Assembly (NCBI GenBank): GCA_009602725.1 | Contig: WELB01000028.1 | Location: 585,972-649,971, forward strand | Origin: Spirogloea muscicola | Taxonomy: Eukaryota | Length of the DNA: 64,000 nt | Direction of reading: 5' to 3' | Shown: one piece after another, positions 1-12,985 of the stretch | Layout: every line of letters begins with the position of its first letter | Numbering within the stretch: position 1 is the first letter of the stretch | Translations under genes and position numbers: made by a program | Notes under the pieces: generated by a model | Told to the model about the DNA's origin: nothing | What the model saw: only the letters and a program-made list of their open reading frames with translations | Databases searched by the model: none

Positions 1-430
1 TGCGTTGCCTTTGTACTTAGGCACTCAGGCCCTCAATCGCTCAGCACATTGACGTTGTAGTCCTGTCGTGAAGGAGCTGCATCTCTCACAGCCATTGCTC
101 CCTTAGAACAGACTCTCTCGTTACAAAGAGCGGCTGTCAAAGAAAAAACGGCTGTAGATGCCAGCCAGGTGCATACAGAGGGAGGTGTTCATAAATGTGT
201 TGCAAAGCACAGGCTAAGCAAAGGGTGCTCTTAGTACGCCCGTGTCAGCAATAGGAAGTCAGATGGGCGCGCAAATTCTTCTGATGAGCTGAGGGGAGGA
301 AGAGCAAGCCCGCTGCGCAAGCCAGAAAATGGCGTGTGCACTGAATGATGGTGGACTGAGTGGCCAAGGCAAGCACATTGACAGATGTACATCACCAAAA
401 CTGCTAAACTGATCCACTCAGTAAGCCAAG
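1..430. mobile_element. Remnants of CRE-type non-LTR retrotransposon 3' ends (two subfamilies)
   Basis: 125-327 matches the minus-strand 3' end seen at 41565-42050 and 57097-57596 (…FLLLTRAY*). 7-45 and 345-425 match the 3'UTR seen at 12835-12940, 44735-44790 and 50250-50360. Confidence 0.7.
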
Positions 431-520
431 CCAGAGGTCCTTGTGCGGAGAGCGAGACATCCCTTTTGGTCTCCTAGAGTCCCGCTAAGGCCGCCAGGCC
501 GCCGCCGCCGCCGCCGCCGN

Positions 521-3500
521 GCAGCAGCGAGCGCGGCCGCCGACGCCGGCGGCCGAGCCGGCGGGGCTCTGGCCGGCCTCGACGACGACGACCTGGTGCG
601 CCGCCCCGCTGCAGCGCTGGCGGCGCGGCAGTCATTAGCGCGTGAAGCCCGTCTTGGCTGCCGGTGATGGCGGCGCGCCGTCGCTGACGGCGCCGCCAGT
701 CTCGCCCTCCGTCGGCACCGGCGGCCCTCTGGTTGGCCAGGAGTTCCTGAAGCGCGCGCAGGAGCTCAAGGGGGAGGGCAACGCGCGCTTCGCGGCGCGC
801 GACCTGGCGGGCGCGCTGGAGGCCTACGCCGCCGCGCTGCGCCTCACGCCGGCGCGCCACCCGGACCGCGCCCTCCTGCACAGGCACCGCACACATCCCT
901 TCTAGCCGGCCTGACACGGCCTATCGAAGCCTATCACATAAGGACGTCGTTTGATGGATGAGGGTTACGTTAGAGCTGCCGTTTGAGCTCAGGGCTTGGC
1001 TGAGCGCAACAGCTCTGAGTCAAGGGGGTCAGGGTTTAGGCCGTCAGGCTCTGCAATCGAAGCCTTGCAGTTCAGCCCCCTTTGGAGAAGTGCGCTGCTG
1101 GCCGCCGGCTGCTGCTGCTGAGCATGCTTGCCCGGTTCCTAAGTTGAGATAACTGACGTCAAGGAAAGCTGAGCTGCTGAGCTAAGCTGAAGCGCACCCA
1201 GTGTCTCACCTGATATGGCTCATGTCAATTGAAGCTGAGCTGCTGAGCTGCTGAGCTGAGCTGCTGAGCTGAGGCAAGCTGAGGTGGGCTGCTCCTCGTC
1301 CTCCCCTCCTCCAGCAACCGGGCCGCCTGCCTGCTGCTGAGCACGCCCCCAGCCTACCGGGACGTCGTAAACGAGTGCACATTGGCACTGGATGCGCACC
1401 CGGGATTTGCCAAGGCGTTGCTGCGGCGCGCTAGGGCGTACGCCCACCTTGGCCAGGCCCGTGCCGCACTGGCGGACCTCGCCGCTCTCCTGCAGGTGAC
1501 ATATGGAGCTCTGCTTCTTCGCTCGGCAACATGTCGCAACGGTTGGCCTCAGGCCTGCCGATTGATTGCCGATGTCCTGTTGCTGGCAGGTGGAACCAGC
1601 GAACCAGGATGCTCTGGACCTGATGCGAAGGCTACGAAGCCAGCCAAAAGGGCCAAAGGCTGCGGCGGCGTCCGCTGTCACGCTGAAGGTCAGCACCTTA
1701 AGCAAGCCGGCACCAGGCTCAGTCTCGTCTGCGGCCGTGGCAGCAAGCGGCAGCCGGAATGGGAGCTCGCAACCAGCGGCTGTCACAACCACCAGTTCCA
1801 AGGAGGACAACAGCGCTGCCGAGGAACCTGAGGACATGAGGCCTGCTGCTAGGCGGCCAACTCAGGAGGCGGAGAGCGTGTCAGTTGCCAGAGCTGGCCT
1901 GTCACGGGCGGGAAAGGAGCAGGGAGGCGGGCTCGCCAAGCGGCATGGCCAGCAGGCAAGGGGGGCACTTGTGACGCTGAAACTCGTGTACGGTGGTGAC
2001 GACATCCGGAGGGCCGAGATGCCTCTTGGTTGCAGGTTGGTGCAGCAGCGCATTGGCATAGCCCCTTGCGGAAGCACCACGGCACAGCAAATAGTGAGCA
2101 AGTGCTGCTGCAGCTCCATATTCAAGTATGGGCTTTGGGAAATGTCTCCCCGAAAGTAAACCCCAAAGGTAGCTTGAAGGTCCTATCCTGATTCAGTACC
2201 CTGAAGTCCTGCGGTTGTCGGGGTTCTGCAGCTTCAGCGAGCTCCGGCAGATTGTGCAGGCAACGTTCCCAGCTTCCAAGGCCGTCCTCATAAAGTACAG
2301 GGATGTGGAGGTGAGCACAGCGCTTTTATGAGGGCGCTTGCATGCCTGGTGTCAATGTTCAAGTGCAGGGTTGACCCTAGACTTGTCGCTAGATCCTGCC
2401 ATCCATATTGTAAGATCTGAGCTCATTCTTGCTCGTAAACAATGGACCTAGGACCTTGGACCCTGGACATTGACTGTGGACCTTGGACTTGGCTCTGCAT
2501 CTCTACAGCATTTGTCGCGCAGAGCGTTTGCAGGCTAGTAGAAGTCCACTCATCCTGCCTAATTGCTAGCAAGTTGTGCGCTATTAAATGCAGGGCGACC
2601 TTGTAACGATGACCAGTAGTCACGAGCTGCGGGAGGCCGAGGCCAGCCGTTGGGCTGGCCCTGGTTTCACTGCAGCTGAAGAAAAGGTTGCAGAGCAGGC
2701 GGGGACGGGGGTTGCAGTCGTTGACACGCCTGTTGCGTGCCGCCCGCTCAAGTTGTGGGTGACAGAAGTTGCGCCTGAGTGCGAGCCGGCCATTTCCGAG
2801 GACGACAGTACTTGTGACAGCGAACACGAGGAAATGGCAGACAAGAGCGAGCCCATGGCAGCGGCGCTCGCTACTCAAGACTTGGCTGTTGTAGAGGATG
2901 AAAGCGAGAAGTGCAAGGCCACCAATGCTGGCAGCGGTCGCAGGGTGGAAGAGGAGGAGCCTGGCGTGGTGGAGACGGTCCTTGACGAGTTTGTCTGGGA
3001 CTTTGTGGATCTCTTCAAGGCTAGGCTGGGTGCGAGCTGCACCTCGTGCTGCAATCACTTGCCAAAGGACATTTGGTCAGTCAGTGACCATGGTTCACCA
3101 TGCAATCTCCATCTCGGAATCGCCTGTAGATGCCGCAATGTAGAGCACTGCTGAAGCAAATGCTGCTGTTTCGACAGGCATCGACCTGCTCATGACCAAC
3201 GAGCAGATCAAGTTTGGTGCCGACGACCTTCAGGCAGCATTTGAGAAGACCGTGCAGAGCGAGGCAGCGGGCCCGCTTCTTGAGCGAGCTCTTACCCACT
3301 ACCAAGACGCGGTATTTATTGGTCGAGAGCTCACAACTCACAGCTCTGCTTTTCTTGCACCTCTAACAGACCAAATTCAACCTCGAGCGCTTTAGTCTGA
3401 AGAAGAGGATGTCAACCCACAAGCAAAAGCTGTAAATCTTCTACCTTCCGTGCTTTTTTCGCAGTTTGGGCTCGCTGGTTACAACTGGGTACAAGGGCAG

Positions 3501-5292
3501 CTTGTGCTGGCAAGGCACCGGCTGCAGCCTCCTGGAAAGCTTAGAGCTGGGGATGCAGAGAGCCTTCCCAGCAAGCCGGAAGGTGGCGAGCTGGGAGGCA
3601 GCGAGCTGGGATGCAGCAAAGACAGTGATGGCAATGCAGAAGAGACAGACGGGAAGCCAGAAGTGGACACCTCCGATGAGGACAAGACGAAAAGGAAGGA
3701 GGCCCTGGGACTTGCAATTGAGCAATACGAGCAGGCAATTGCCACGATGGAAGCAATTGGGTCGCTAATTCCCAATTACCTCGATGTGAGAGCTCCAATG
3801 CGCCTCATGAGAGAGAGACTTTCTGGGTCACACGCGCCATGCATGAGATTGCCACCAATTGAAACCTTCTCAGATACCAGACGTTTATCAGCATTATGCT
3901 GATGTCTCGCGCACAATCCATGAGATTGTCACCCGATTGACACATCTTCATCAGAGAAGCCAGACTTGTATATCCGTGACATGCTGATCTCTCTGTTGTC
4001 CTCTGTTGGCTGCCTCTCCAGGGGTATCTTTTGTTGGCGACCGCCCGTACAGACCTTGCAAAGTTCCTGGCTGAGAAAGGGGAGCTAGAGGGGGTTGAGG
4101 ACCCTTCTCACCAGACATATGCCTTGCTTCAAGCAGCCAAACAATGCTTTGCTTCTGCTGAGAAGGTCAGCAACTCTCATACCGGGAACTTGTGCTCTCC
4201 TGATTAATATGCCTCATAGCTTAAAGCTCTCCTTCAACCTTACCTGGCATGTTGAAGCCTTTGACTGCTCATGTTCAGGAGCTAGTGAGACTGGAAAAGG
4301 AAGAGAGAGAGCACATGCTCCGGGATGATGCGGCCACAACAACCAGTAGTAAGGACAAGCCAGAGGGCACTGACGGCATGATGGGGACCGTTGAGGACGG
4401 AGGTGACCGCAAGCATCAAAGCCGTTTGGACGACATCCTAAGCTACCAGGGCCAGGTAGCCTCTCAGCACGCTGGGGTGGCCCTCGAGCTCTCCAAACTA
4501 GAGGTAGGAGTTTATCCACTTATGGCAAGCAGCAGCAGTCTTGCCAAGCCTGATTGATTCTGCAAATTCCTCAAGTTGGACGTGTGCCCAAATTTCTATA
4601 CCCTCGCTTTGGGAGTTTTGGTCCAGACCTACTCTAGCAGTCAATGCACTTGTCCACACTGCTTCCAGGCTCACAACCCTCCAGGCTCACAACCCTCTCT
4701 TCACTAAGAGCGATGCACACTACTGTGTGTGGTCTGCCAATACCACATTATATTTTTGCAGTGTGCCAGGGGCGACCCACAATGGCGGGTGTTGTTGGAT
4801 GAGGCAGCCCGCCACTACAGACTCAGCGGGTTGACAGAGAAGGAGGTCGAAGAGACGTTGAGGCAGCATCCCAGACACACAAGCAGCGGTGGAGCAGACG
4901 TGGAAGTGCGTGAGTCGTCTGGGGAAGGTGACCAGACAACGACAGCCTTGCCATGCGAAGTCCAACATGCAGAGTCGACCACTGACGCTCCAGAGACGCA
5001 GGGGAAAGAGAAAGAAGCCGATGCACCAACAAGCAGCAATGCTGAGGTTGTGGATGGAAGTCCAATACAGGCCACTAACGGCGCTGTGGAGCTTGTACAC
5101 AGTAATGGAGACCTGGCCGAGGACCTCAATCCATTGATCCTAGACAACGAGGAGGGTAGTACTGCTCCTGAGGACAGCTCCGAGAGAGACGGCGAAGTGG
5201 ACGAGAAGTGCCTGAGCAAGAGCAGTAAACGGAGGCGGAACCGAAAGCTGAGTGCACTTCGGGCAGGTGCTTCGAGCACCCATGGCACATGA
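521..5292 (+). CDS. TPR + PB1 domain protein, PHOX/CLMP1-like (multi-exon; start codon unresolved at N520)
   Basis: The spliced reading gives DDDL|EFLKRAQELKGEGNARF…ALLHS|NRAACL…ECTLALDAHPGFAKALLRRARAY (TPRs), then LKLVYGGDDIRRAEMP…VLIKYRDVE|GDLVTMTSSHELR (PB1) and DEFVWDFVDLFKARLG. This is the plant PHOX architecture. Stop at 5290-5292. Confidence 0.85.
1165..1285. repeat. Intronic (GCTGA/GCT)n low-complexity tandem repeat
   Basis: gctgagctgctgagctgctgagctgag arrays in two blocks inside intron 884-1314. Confidence 0.75.
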
Positions 5293-5894
5293 CTTGGCCA
5301 GCGCCTCCTCTCTGCCGAGGAACAGCTTTGCACATCCCTAAGTTATGGTAATGTTGATGTGACATTCAGCAGGGTAGCATTACAAGCCCCCCAACTGATT
5401 TAAAAGTCCTGAAGCAGCCTCAGAGACACATTGTGCAAAAACTTTGAGCACAACGTGCCTCGGCTGCTATACATTGTGGTAGATAGCTGATGACGTGGTG
5501 ATTGGTGAAGGAGACTAGCAGCTTCACGGCTTAGACAGCAACCGATCACCTGCCTCAAATTCTTGCTTCAAATTCTTGCTTGCTTGCTGATCTCAAAGTA
5601 CAGCAAGTAGCTTATGTGATCCATATTCTGCAGTCCTGACATTCGGAAACCAATTTCTGGACATTTTGTGAGGACACAGCAGATCCACCCTTATATTTGA
5701 TCTCATGCTTTGGGATGGACTGATAGACAAGCCTGCTCAGATCCATTAATATAAGCAAGTAGCCCTGCAATTCTGATGTCAACGCCGTCTGCCAGCTCAA
5801 CCAGAGGCTGTACAAGTAACAAGTTTGTGGAGGTTCGTAGCACAACACGAGCTCTGAAGGAACACAGCCCGGCTGGCCATAGTGGTAGGGCCAC

Positions 5895-7710
5895 TCAAGC
5901 CGACGTCTCCACGGCTACAGCGGGGCCCTCATTGACAGTGCTGGTGGCGGCGGAGTCGCCAACGCTCTTCCGCCAGCCCAGAAAGCGGGCGCCGTCCTTG
6001 TCCACGACCTTGATGATGAAGTTGGGGGGTGCAACGACGAGGCGCGAACGAATTTCCTCAATGCACTTGTCGACAAGAGCCAGGGCATCCTCTAGGGACA
6101 TGCCCTTCTTGTAGTATTTGTCCATCATGGAGAGGACAAAGAAGCCGCCTGCAAGCGTGCAAGTAGTCCACGTATGAATAATCAGAAGATCAAGCCAAGC
6201 TCTGCACTAAGCATAAATACAACATACCAGCACACCAGCCTGATCTTGCAGGCCTGTGGTATATCTTATACGGACTTTCAGGTGAGCAGGACAGCAATGT
6301 GGGGACACGTGACAAAAACACGACAAAGCGTTGCCGATGCAGCTGCAAAATTCACGGAGCTGCTGAGATGGTCAGTGACACGATCTCTCGGTGCATTAAG
6401 GCTGGTCACGGAAATTTTGGTAAGTATTGCCACGCAGGCCTCATCATTGCCACATCAGTAGGACAGCAACATTGACAGCAAGGGGTGTACCGTAACCCAT
6501 GGCGCCTTTCTCTATTTTGTGCAGCGTGGAGATGTAATCGAGGAAATACAAGGAAGGCCCAACATCTTTGTCGAAGCCGGCAAGCATCAGGTTGGTTTGA
6601 TAAGGGCTCTGCAGGCCAGGGACCAAGCGCAAGGACAGACGTTCATTTCAAGGCAAATGGCCATGACAGAAACAATCACAGAGTGCTGAGTCATGTCCAA
6701 GATGTGGCCCAGCATTTCGGGCATAAGCCTCTGGCACCAGATGCTCTAAGAAAAGTTTCATCTCAGAGTTACTCAAGATAAGCCTTATTTGAAGGAGATT
6801 TCCAAGTAACATGGCACAAGCTGGCACTCAAGTCAGTAGTCATAAGCCCAGGACAACACCGACAGTTTCTTCCTAGATCTGCATCAGCAAGAGGAGCTTG
6901 TCTTCATATGGAAAGGCAGGATGGCCTTTTGGGGGTCTTCTAAGAGTCAGCAGAGACTTGCCTTGCGGAGCGCCTTTGCGAGCTCACCCCGGGTGAAGTT
7001 GGCAGCTGCCGCAGTCGACAGCTGTATGCCATTCCTGAACTGGTATAGATGGATGTTCTTCTGTATGTACTCAGAGAACTGTACCCTGCTCGTGGCAAGG
7101 GCACAGAGTCAGCTCCGGACAATCAACAACTTGACCAAGGGCCGGCTAGACTTGCTGAGTGACTGACGCAGTTGATGTGCACAGGTTGCGGAACACCATC
7201 TAGTCAAAGAATCTCACAACGCCTCTAGAGAAAATAAGAGCGAAAGTGGAGATTCACATTATTCAATTCACAGCGACCAGGGGCTCAATGGAGTAGCCCT
7301 GGACGTCAGTGAGGCCCTTGGTGTAACGCCTGACACCCCGGCACAACGAACAGACACCAGACGCTTGCCTCTGGCAGAAGCCATGACATAAACCTCGGCC
7401 TCACCAAACCCTCAAGGCCCAGTATAACGTTACGCATGATAAACAAAACCCAAGACCTCCAGAGCCGTTCCATCATAGCTTGCCGGACTCGATAGACTGG
7501 CCACCTCGGCGGGACCTCCTGTAGAGGGGAGCGGTGCTGGAAGGGGGCAGACCTGTCGCCGGTCTCGCCGGTGTTGCCCAGGAGCTTGTGGGAGTCGAGG
7601 ACCATGATCTTGTCCTCATCCGTCTTCTGCACCACGATGGACTGCACCGCCGACGAGTCCGCCACCAGCAGCGCGAAGCCGTCGCCCACGAGGCCGAAGA
7701 GGCAGTCCAT
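5895..7710 (-). CDS. PBD1: 20S proteasome beta subunit D (beta type-2, PSMB2/PRE1 orthologue), 4 exons
   Basis: [44 protein letters not shown]…[22 protein letters not shown]…[28 protein letters not shown]…|…[47 protein letters not shown]. Confidence 0.96.
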
Positions 7711-8020
7711 GGCGGCAGGCCCCGCACCTTACACAATACTGCAGATTCTGGCAGCCGGGGAGCTCTCGGATCCGTAAGTTCTACGATCTATGACGACTCC
7801 CCGCCCCCGGCGCCCTGGCCCTGCGCCCGCCGCCACGGCCGTTCGGCACGCCGCAAGGGCTTCTCGCCGCCCCCGCCGCTTCTTCGGCGCAGCGGGACCG
7901 GCGGGGCGGGGCAACGCCGCCCTCCGCGCCGCCGCTCAGCGGCCACGCCGCTGAGATTTTGTTGGTGTATGGACACTAGCCAGTGGTCTGCGACGCGCGA
8001 GAGGACACTGCCACGGCGGT

Positions 8021-8051
<31 letters not shown>

Positions 8052-8101
8052 GCTGCGACGGCGGCGCAAGCGGCGGCGGGGGCGCTGCGAGGCGGTCGCT
8101 N

Positions 8102-8942
8102 AGCGGCGGGCCGCCTCCAGCGCGGCCGCAGCCCGCGGCGGCGGCGGCCGCGACGACGACGATAGCACCTGGACGACGCTGCAGATGGGTGCCGGCCTCG
8201 CCGTCGTCGCCGTCATCGCCAAGCTCATCATGATGGTGCGGGCCCCCCGTCCCGCAGCCCGCGCCGGACCCCGGCTGTCCTGCTTGCCTTGTTAGATGCT
8301 CGGCTTAGTACGAGCTTACCGAGCCTTGTCGCTGGCACGTCGATGGAGCATGTGCCTTCGATTGTGGAGACTTAGCCATCAGTGCAGTCCTTCATACTGC
8401 CGTCCAGTAGCAAGGCCTGATTGCTCGGTGCAATCGGCAGTACGACGAGGCGAAGGAGCCAGAGCGGATTGCGCGGCGCGCACGGGAGCAAGAGCTCGAG
8501 CAGGCCAAGCTTGAGCCCATGTCGCGCGAGAAGTGGGAGGCCATCCAGGCGATGCGGCCGCGTACGCCTTTCGAGAGCAGGGCCGGCAGGGACGGCGCTC
8601 GCTTACGCACGGGAGAGACAATTACCCTGGTAAGAATCTACAATCATCGCATGGCGCTCGTATGCACTTGAGAGGTGCTCGGCCATGTGAGCACGAGCTT
8701 GTGACGAAGCACTAGAGCACTGTGTCTGCTTGTCAAATGTGCCCTTTCTATTGTCTTGCAATACATTGTAACGTAAGGGCCTCAAACGCCCAGCCGCAGC
8801 TTCAGTGGCCAGCTTCGGCAAGGCCAGGCTCACGGCAGACTCTTCCCGGTTGTTGCACCTTTGTCAGGAGGACTTTCGAGACTGGGCAGTGGATGTACTC
8901 GTAAACAAGCTGTGCGGCCGAGAAGAGGCTGTTCGAAAGTAG
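8102..8942 (+). CDS. Small conserved plant single-TM protein with RPRTPFES motif (3 exons; start unresolved at N8101)
   Basis: Exons ..8235, 8441-8629 and 8868-8942 splice in frame: TWTTLQMGAGLAVVAVIAKLIMM|YDEAKEPERIARRAR…MSREKWEAIQAMRPRTPFESRAGRDGARLRTGETITL|EDFRDWAVDVLVNKLCGREEAVRK*. It resembles a small land-plant protein family that, from memory, is sometimes annotated MCD1-related (unverified). Head-to-head with PBD. Confidence 0.7.
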
Positions 8943-9159
8943 CTGTTGTGCGTCCGCCATATGCTGCAAGTCGTGTTCCTCATCGCGATTGTTCATCCAT
9001 CCTTCTTGTACATATCTGAAGATTGGTGTTTGTAGCACAAATCTCCCCCCTCCCAATCCCCTCGCCCAGTTGGCTCTTGTCCCATTTGTGCCACTAATTG
9101 ATGGGTGATCTGTTGCAGCCTCGTGCACATTGCACCTCCCTTCTTCCCTCCCCTTAGGT

Positions 9160-9780
9160 CAAGAGAGAAGTGCTCGCCTAGAGAGGAAAGGGGTTGGGAA
9201 CGGCCAGCCCAAAGAGAATGAACAAATTCGAAGGGGCTGGGGGAAGCGCTAGAAGAAAACAAGCACAGAAGGAACTAAGCCACTACGAAACACTCAGTAA
9301 CCCCTGCTAAGCAGCCGCGAGTCAGAGAAACTGGGCCCCTGGTAACGGGTCCCCTGGCTAGGGCCAGAGGCGGCGGCAAGGGCTCGACCGGCGTGGAGAT
9401 GCAACGCGCGAGCCATGGACTGTTGCAGCGAGACGGCCAAGCGCAAGCGATACACCTGCGCAAGACATCTGGCTGCATGGAAGTTCACCGACTCCCCATG
9501 GAGTGTGCTTCGTAGCTGCTTAGTTTCTTCTTGTGCTTGTTTTTCTCAGTGCCTGGCCCCTTCTCGTACTTTGTTTATTCTTTTTTGGGCTGGCTTTTCC
9601 CAGCCCTTATCCTCAATGGGCGGGCCCTTCCCAGGAAACGGCGGGAGATGGCGGGGGGAGCTGGTTGAGCAGCTCGAGCCACCGAGCTCCCATCGCACCG
9701 TGCGTGTCAATGGCGAGCTGGAAGAACTCGTCCTCCCGTGGATAGTCCGCGTATTTCAACTCCTTGGCCCGGGCTGCACC
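9160..9780. mobile_element. Cluster of CRE-type 3' end fragments
   Basis: Minus-strand LAQVYRLRLAVSLQQSMARALHLHAGRALAAASG…LLSRGY* with a GGGCTG..CAGCCC 3'UTR hairpin, plus an inverted partial copy at 9500-9640. Confidence 0.85.
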
Positions 9781-11135
9781 TTTATCCAAGGCTCGCCTTT
9801 GCTACTTCAAATGTTGCGGAGTGCAAAATGCAAAGTTATGCTTACATAGTAGTGGAATCCAGACATGGCAAGTAATGGTCTGTCGTGCCACAGGGCGTCG
9901 AATGTCATGTAATGTCGAGATTTCAGATCAGTATGGAAGCAGGCAACAAGTCAACCTCGCATGGTGGGCACTCATACATAGACATACATGGACTAAGCAA
10001 GGTCATGGCAGCATTTCTGCCGATCGTGCATCCCTGCATTTCCAATCGACAAATTTCCGCATCATAGTCACTCCTGACCTCGGCTAAGGAGGCGCATCCG
10101 GGAGTACCTTGATACCGTAACTTCGGTGGCTGCTCTCCTTGAGACATGTTGACAACCCGACTCCTCAGAGGATGCCCTACCTCGGAAGGCTCTGTGACAC
10201 ACTCAGTGGCCACAGGAACAATAGCTGATGGATCAGTAGCCACCACAGGAGCAATACCTGAAAGGTCATCGGCGGCCGTCTAGCACACGTCCTGACCTCA
10301 AATCCATGCACTATAAGCACAAATGTAACTTGTCCACAGCAGTTCGCTCGGCTCAGTAAACAGGTCGAAGGACAAGTCACAAGCAAAGTATGTGAACAAG
10401 AGACTGAGACGAGCCAATAGTACCCTCAGAGAGGGCTTCCTTTGTGAACAGTATCAGAACAGAGTACACTCGGAGAGGGTTTCAAAAGAACAGTAACGAA
10501 TCGATAATCGGAAAATAACCACGGATCAATGTAGTGACAGCGACAGCGAACGTTTTGGGCACTAACCCAGGTAACCGATCCGAGCCGGGAAGCGTCCAAA
10601 AGACAAACTCCTACGAAACACAACAACGGCAAGATGCAAACAAGCAACCTCAGGATGCACGTAAAATGCAGACACACAATGAGAGTCGCTTGTGCAGACA
10701 CTTTAAGACTATCTTAACATCCAAGGTTAGGCTTGGAGGCAATTTCGCACAAGGTCGCGGTGTTCGCGGCTTACCAAGTGCGTGCCCGGTCTAACGTGAC
10801 CGGATGCGGAGCTCCTCGGGGTAAGGCTCTCTGCGGGTTTGCGTCCTGTGCCTGTGCCCACGCCTTCTTGGCGTGGCCCTGGACGCGCGCGCTACGCTTA
10901 CTAGGCAGCAGCAGCAGCAGCGGCGGCGGCAGTGGCAGCGGCGGCGGCAAAGGTTGGTAACAGCAGAAGAAAGAGACTGTGCCGAGCAAACAGTTCGGCA
11001 CCCGGCCCTCTATACCATATATGCTTGGTCAGATGTAGAAAGACATTGTTCCTCGGGGTGGGCCATTTGGCCCCATCTGGGTTCCCTGGCCTCAAGGCCA
11101 GCAGTGTAGCCCGAGACTCGCTTCTACCACTACCT

Positions 11136-11604
11136 GCCAAGCGGCAGGCGCCAAGGATCGCAAATACTCGGATCACTCGGTGGGCGACGAGTTTGTCCCA
11201 CTCGCCGTCGACGTACACGGCGCCTTTTGCCCCAAATGGCTTGACCTGCTTCACCGCCTTGCGCGGCGAGCAGCGGCCCGCCGCTACGGGCAGCAGGGCG
11301 AGCAGCCTGGCTTCCACGTCGCCGGCTCCCTCGCCCAAGTCTTCCGGATGCGCCTGGCCGTCTCTTTGCAGCGGTCCCTAGCTTTCGCGGTCCACTTGCG
11401 CGCAGGCCGCGCTCTGGCGGCGGCATCCGGCTTCCGTCAGGGCGACGTTTTCGCCTGCTAGCTATTCAGGTTTGCATCTACTGACTAGACGTTACTGAGA
11501 GTCCGTTTGCTGCTGTCTCAGTCCTTAGCACTCCGGCTCCTTCAGACCTTGTCCATTCCTTTGGGCTGGCCTCTCCCAGCCACCAGTTAATCTGGCCGCG
11601 CTTG
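11136..11604 (+). mobile_element. 5'-truncated CRE-type retrotransposon inserted in the LTR, 6-bp TSD CTACCT
   Basis: KDRKYSDHSVGDEFVPLAVDVHGAF…RMRLAVSLQRSLAF. CTACCT at 11130-11135 and 11605-11610; the empty site is in the paralogous LTR near 56975. Confidence 0.85.
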
Positions 11605-12094
11605 CTACCTACCATTTCCCTACCACTGCCCAGCCGGTTCCTGATGGCTCATCGAGGCATATCACGCCTTCGACGTGCTTTCATGAGCTTTCTCGGCCTG
11701 ATAAATCAGGGGCTTAGTGTAGTGCAGGTGGCAAGAGGGCAATGCGCTGCACGCCGAGGCGCTGATTTACCATGGGCGGCGGATGAGCCAACGCACCGTT
11801 GGTGGGCAAGGCGCTGACGCCGGATCCGGATGATAGGCTGGCTTTTCCAGCCCCTATCCTCAATGGGCGAGCCCTTTCATTCGATGATGCTGCGGGCACC
11901 GTTTTGCGGCCTTTCAGGCCTCCATTGTCCATTCTTTTCTGGGCTGGCTTTGCTAGCCCCTCTTCCCTATGGGCGAGCACTTTCCGACGCCGAGCCGGAT
12001 TGAAATGTATCTTTCTGACCGAAGCGGGTTGGAGATGCCGCGCTCGCGACCCCACCTTCACACCAGGTTGAGGAACGACGCACCCTCGGATATC

Positions 12095-12572
12095 GAAGAA
12101 AGAAAGTGCTCGCCCATAGAGAAGAGGGGCTGGCAAAGCCAGCCCAAAAAAGAATGGACAATGTCCAAAGCCAAAGAAAGAGGAGCTACACTACAAAACA
12201 CTGCAAAGAGACGATGCAGAGGGAAGCTCAGTACCCATGAGTGGGCAACATCAGGTCTGAGTAGCTCGCTGCAGGGAAAGAGGCACTCCGCCGAGACCCA
12301 GAGGCGGCGGCCATAGCACGGCCTGCTCGCGTGTGGACGGCGTGGGCAAGGGAGCATTGAAGCGATACCGCCAGGCGCATGCGGAAGACTTGGGCGAGCG
12401 AACCGGCGGCGTTGAAGCCGGGCATCGCCCCTGGCAGACCCGGCCGCCGGTCAATGGCCTGGCGGGCAAGCCGCTGAAGGAGATCCAGCCAGCGGCTGCC
12501 GAAAGGCCCAGTGTACATCCATCGCCAGGGCCGCGAATTCATCACCAACCACCCGGGTGATGAGCATATTTT
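12095..12572 (-). mobile_element. 5'-truncated CRE-type retrotransposon inserted in the LTR, 16-bp TSD
   Basis: VGDEFAALAMDVH…RMRLAVSLQCSLAHAVHTRAG…THGY*. CGCACCCTCGGATATC (12079-12094) and CGCACCCTCGGCTATC (12573-12588); the empty site is at about 56616-56631. Confidence 0.88.
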
Positions 12573-12985
12573 CGCACCCTCGGCTATCCACGTGAGCAGC
12601 CACCTCCGCATCCTTGTCAGCACCGACACCAATGAGCTCGACGGGATATCGCACGACAGGCCTTCTCATGTGAATCTGTGACATTGGATTCGTGAGCTTG
12701 ACAGCATACATCATACCGTGCTGAAGACTTTGCGGAAACCGTAGCACGATGTATCTAGCATCCTTCTGGCAAATGAGGAATGGACAAAGAAACAGCTCTT
12801 CCAATCTACTGCAATGGCTGTGAGAGGACAAAGGTACCCGTGGTTACTGAGCGGGTCCATCTGCAGTAGGTGCTGTACGTCATTCGACGTTCTTGCCTTT
12901 GTACTTAGCAACTTTAGCCTTCGGAGGCTTAAACACACCGAGAGCACCGAGCGCTCCCAAACCCCTCCTCCCAAAACCCCGCGGC

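Larger units (their letters stand above)
9955..12658 (-). mobile_element. Truncated second copy of the DNMT-gypsy-like LTR element (LTR 12658-10779, putative PBS, leader, gag start)
   Basis: Reverse complement of 56544-58400. Homology starts exactly at TGTCGTGCGAT (12658) and the LTR ends GCACGCA followed by ct-TGGTAAGCCGC. The gag start MDLRSGRVLD…VATDPSAIVPVATECVTEPSEVGHPLRS lies at about 10310-9960. Confidence 0.8.

Noticed and set aside
281..330. CTGATGA…GAAA resembling a hammerhead ribozyme core
   Set aside because: The required flanking stems are not evident, and the sequence is the antisense of a CRE coding end.
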